This document shows positions 61,251 to 64,000 of a stretch of DNA of 64,000 nucleotides, in pieces. Below the pieces are notes generated by a model. It was not told the DNA's origin. It made no database searches and saw only the letters and a program-made list of their open reading frames with translations. A program made the position numbers and the translations under genes. Every line of letters begins with the position of its first letter. The first letter of the stretch is position 1. The stretch lies in NCBI GenBank assembly GCA_965216875.1, contig OZ244207.1, forward strand, positions 2,720,001 through 2,784,000. The letters are read 5' to 3'. Source of the stretch: Rubripirellula sp. GTDB taxonomy: Bacteria; Planctomycetota; Planctomycetia; Pirellulales; Pirellulaceae.

Positions 61251-61324
61251 CCCTGTTCCGTATAGTGGACGAGGCTACGAGTCCCTCTTCCGTGTAGTGG
61301 ACGAGGCCACGAGTCCCTCTTCCC
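61251..61324. repeat. Tandem 32-bp repeat (about 2.3 units) containing GTAGTGGACGAGGCYACGAGTCC
   Basis: Units at 61251-61282 and 61283-61314 plus a partial unit; no spacers. Confidence 0.85.
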
Positions 61325-61473
61325 GATTCGCGGCCCCAAGCCTGCAACCGTCACTGCGGGCAAACCCCGCCGGCCACCTTACCGCCGCCAACTGAAAACG
61401 CTTGACGATGATCGCGGTGGACACGCCGGCCTTGGTGCCTCATCCGCGACGAAGCCCAATTCCCGGAGAATAC

Positions 61474-61950
61474 CTAGTTCGGCTTATCCAAGCCGAGAAA
61501 GTCGGTCATGGTTTGGTCGCTGGTTTCTTGTTGAGGCGGGTAGGGAGCCAGCAGATTGCTCCAGAATCCAGGCTCTTTTTTCTTTGGCTTGCTCGGCAGC
61601 TTGGCCGATGCGGGGAACATCCGGGCGGGGTTCAGCTTTTGAGGATTGAGTGCTTCTTTGGTTCGATTCCACGTGTTGGCCGTGGTCGTTTTCACCTCAT
61701 CGAACAGACTCTCTTTCTTCTTGACGATGCGAGCCTTTTCCTCTTTTTGCGGCAAGATGCTACCGAATTTCGGCATCTTCCACTTCGGCATCCGCCAATT
61801 GGTCGGATTCAGATTGTGAGTGACCGTTTTGACCGGGCCAGGTTTGACGATGTGATCGGCGGCAGCTTGATTGGCCGAGATTGTGGCTGTGGCAGCGACA
61901 ATCAAACCGCACAGGGTTCGGCGGATTCCGTTCCAATTCATCTCAAACAT
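61474..61950 (-). CDS. Exported hypothetical protein
   Basis: AGGAG RBS; signal peptide; Lys/Pro-rich. Confidence 0.7.
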   Translation of the reverse strand: MFEMNWNGIRRTLCGLIVAATATISANQAAADHIVKPGPVKTVTHNLNPTNWRMPKWKMPKFGSILPQKEEKARIVKKKESLFDEVKTTTANTWNRTKEALNPQKLNPARMFPASAKLPSKPKKKEPGFWSNLLAPYPPQQETSDQTMTDFLGLDKPN

Positions 61951-62215
61951 TCTCCTGCGTCAGCAGTCGCGCCGGCGGGGACGTTGGGCCAATGCCTCAC
62001 TTCGCGTCGTCGCGGGCGTGCTTAATGGGTGCAAAATCGAGTGTCGGTCGCAGCTATCGCAATTCCGAGTGGGGCACGGCAAGAGCAGTTATTCGGAAAT
62101 TGCGGTCAAAAATGGTCCCCAGCGAACCTCGCCCCCTGTGCTGGCCTCTCCCAGAACCGATCCTTCCGATATCATCTCGGCTGATTCCAAACCCCGAAGT
62201 CGAACATTCCGACCC

Positions 62216-64000
62216 ATGAAAACTGACGAGCTACGCGAAAAATACCTTGAGTTCTTCCAGTCCAAGGGCTGTGTCCGCCAACCGAGCGATGTGTTGGTTC
62301 CGACATGGGACCCCTCGGTGCTGTTTACTCCAGCCGGCATGAACCAGTTCAAGGATCATTTCCTTGGCAAAGTCAAACTCGACTTCACGGGCGCCACAAC
62401 CTGCCAAAAATGCCTCCGCACCGGGGACATCGACAACGTGGGCCGAACCGCCTTTCACCACACCTTCTTCGAGATGTTGGGTAACTTCAGCTTTGGCGAC
62501 TACTTCAAAGAAGAAGCCATCCTGTGGGCCTGGGAATTCTTGACCGACAAGAAGTGGCTCGACATCGAACCCGCACGGCTGAACGTGACCGTCTATAAGG
62601 ATGACGACGAAGCTTACGGGATCTGGAAGGAAAAGGTCGGCCTTCCCGACAACCGCATCACTCGGATGGACGAGGACGAGAACTTCTGGCCCGCTTCCGC
62701 ACCAAGCCAAGGCCCCGATGGCGTCTGCGGTCCATGCAGCGAGATCTACTACCAACTTGAAGATGGTGGTGACGTCGAGATCTGGAATCTCGTCTTCACT
62801 CAATTCAATCGCATCGGCGATCCGCCAGACAACTTGCACCCACTGCCAAGTAAGAACATCGATACCGGCATGGGGTTGGAACGAACGGCAAGCGTTCTGC
62901 AAGGTGTGCCGACGAACTTCCACATCGATTCGTTGTTCCCGATTGTCGAAGCTGCATCCGACGTCGTTGGCGTCAAATACGAATACGAAAGTGACAACGG
63001 CCGGCGTTTGCGGCGCATCACCGATCACGCTCGTGCCGCGACCTTCGCCGTCCACGAAAACGTCTACCCAGGTGCCAAAGACGCGCGGTCGGTCATCCGC
63101 CGACTCATTCGGCGCGCCGTTTTGGACGGCTACCAAATGAACGTCCAAGAACCGTTCCTTTACAAATTGGTCGAAGCCGTCGCGGAAGCCTCCAAGGTTC
63201 CTTACCCCGAACTCGGTCAAACGACCGCGCGTGTCGCGGAAGTGATCGAGTCCGAAGAAAAGGCCTTCTTCCAAACCATCGATGGTGGCGTCAAACGGAT
63301 CGACCAACTCTTCACGCAAATGCGCGAAGAATCGGCTGTCATGGTTCCAGGAAACGAAGCCGCTGACTTGCTGACCACCTATGGCGTCCCACCTGAACTC
63401 GTGCAAACCCTCGCTGCCGAACAAAACTTCACGTTTGATTGGCCAGGTTTTCGCGCTGCGATGGACGTTCATGGTGACGTCAGTGGCGGAGACCGTAATC
63501 GACTGTTCCAAACCGGCCCACTCGAAACTCTCAAGGAAGCCCTTCGCGAAACACCATTCATGGGGTACGAAACGACTTCCTGCGAAGCCGTTGTGAAAGG
63601 CATCATCACCGGTTCGGGTGAAGAAAAAGACGACGACGGTCAATTGCTCCGCAAGCTTGAGCGAGCTGACAAAGACTCACCGATGCGTTTGGTCCTCGAC
63701 AAGTCACCTTTCTACGGTGAATCGGGGGGGCAAATCGGCGACACCGGCACGATCAAGAACGATGCGTTCGAGTTCCGCGTCGTCGACACGAAGAAACACG
63801 CCGCGTTGATTGTGCATCACGGCTACCTCGCAAGTGGCACGATCAACGAAGGCGACACCTGCACAGCAAGCGTCGATATCGATCGCCGGCAAGCACTTTG
63901 CCGCGCCCACTCGGCCACGCACATTTTGCACCACGCGTTGCACCAGAACGTCGGCGATCACGCCGAACAGCAGGGCAGCAAAGTCGAACCCGATCGCCTG
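62216..64000 (+). CDS. alaS: Alanine--tRNA ligase, 3'-partial (absent from the ORF track because it runs off the window)
   Basis: MKTDELREKYLEFF, LFTPAGMNQFK, HHTFFEMLGNFSFGDYFK, EIWNLVF, IDTGMGLER, HSATHILH. Confidence 0.97.
   Translation, partial: MKTDELREKYLEFFQSKGCVRQPSDVLVPTWDPSVLFTPAGMNQFKDHFLGKVKLDFTGATTCQKCLRTGDIDNVGRTAFHHTFFEMLGNFSFGDYFKEEAILWAWEFLTDKKWLDIEPARLNVTVYKDDDEAYGIWKEKVGLPDNRITRMDEDENFWPASAPSQGPDGVCGPCSEIYYQLEDGGDVEIWNLVFTQFNRIGDPPDNLHPLPSKNIDTGMGLERTASVLQGVPTNFHIDSLFPIVEAASDVVGVKYEYESDNGRRLRRITDHARAATFAVHENVYPGAKDARSVIRRLIRRAVLDGYQMNVQEPFLYKLVEAVAEASKVPYPELGQTTARVAEVIESEEKAFFQTIDGGVKRIDQLFTQMREESAVMVPGNEAADLLTTYGVPPELVQTLAAEQNFTFDWPGFRAAMDVHGDVSGGDRNRLFQTGPLETLKEALRETPFMGYETTSCEAVVKGIITGSGEEKDDDGQLLRKLERADKDSPMRLVLDKSPFYGESGGQIGDTGTIKNDAFEFRVVDTKKHAALIVHHGYLASGTINEGDTCTASVDIDRRQALCRAHSATHILHHALHQNVGDHAEQQGSKVEPDRL

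Noticed and set aside
61251..61324. 32-bp repeats as a CRISPR array
   Set aside because: The units are directly adjacent with no spacers, there are only about 2.3 copies, and no cas genes are present
62231..63643. 470-aa minus-strand ORF
   Set aside because: Antisense shadow of alaS, which is clearly recognisable on the plus strand

Overview
A GC-rich bacterial chromosomal segment, very likely from a planctomycete of the Pirellulaceae (Rhodopirellula/Stieleria-like). This is inferred from the planctomycete-type cytochrome c, a BBP7-type beta-barrel, the CsrA paralogs and the intergenic repeat families. Housekeeping genes include rpsL-rpsG-fusA (no tuf follows), mtnA, a PPi-type pfk, lhgO, cysK, sufU with a SufE-SufS fusion, an oleA-like thiolase and a partial alaS. 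There are two separated flagellar blocks (flgF-G-A-H-I-J-N and flgL-fliW-csrA-fliC), an ABC-2 transporter cluster and several REP/MITE-like repeat families. I saw no rRNA, tRNA, CRISPR array or transposase. The three most interesting items are: (1) an unannotated ~335-nt minus-strand transcript candidate (about 26186-26519) with its own sigma70-like promoter, a terminator and six GGA-loop hairpins, which looks like a CsrB/RsmZ-type CsrA sponge RNA, in a window that also carries two different CsrA proteins and FliW; (2) a six-gene cluster (14890-26168) encoding an exported diheme cytochrome c, an exported unknown protein, an exported caspase-TPR with an intact dyad, an exported pseudo-caspase-TPR (Cys->Ile), an FHA-GGDEF cyclase and a transmembrane Ser/Thr kinase with PDZ/TPR; (3) a fusion of an AEP primase-polymerase with a HAD phosphatase. 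All calls come from reading motifs by eye; no database searches were run.
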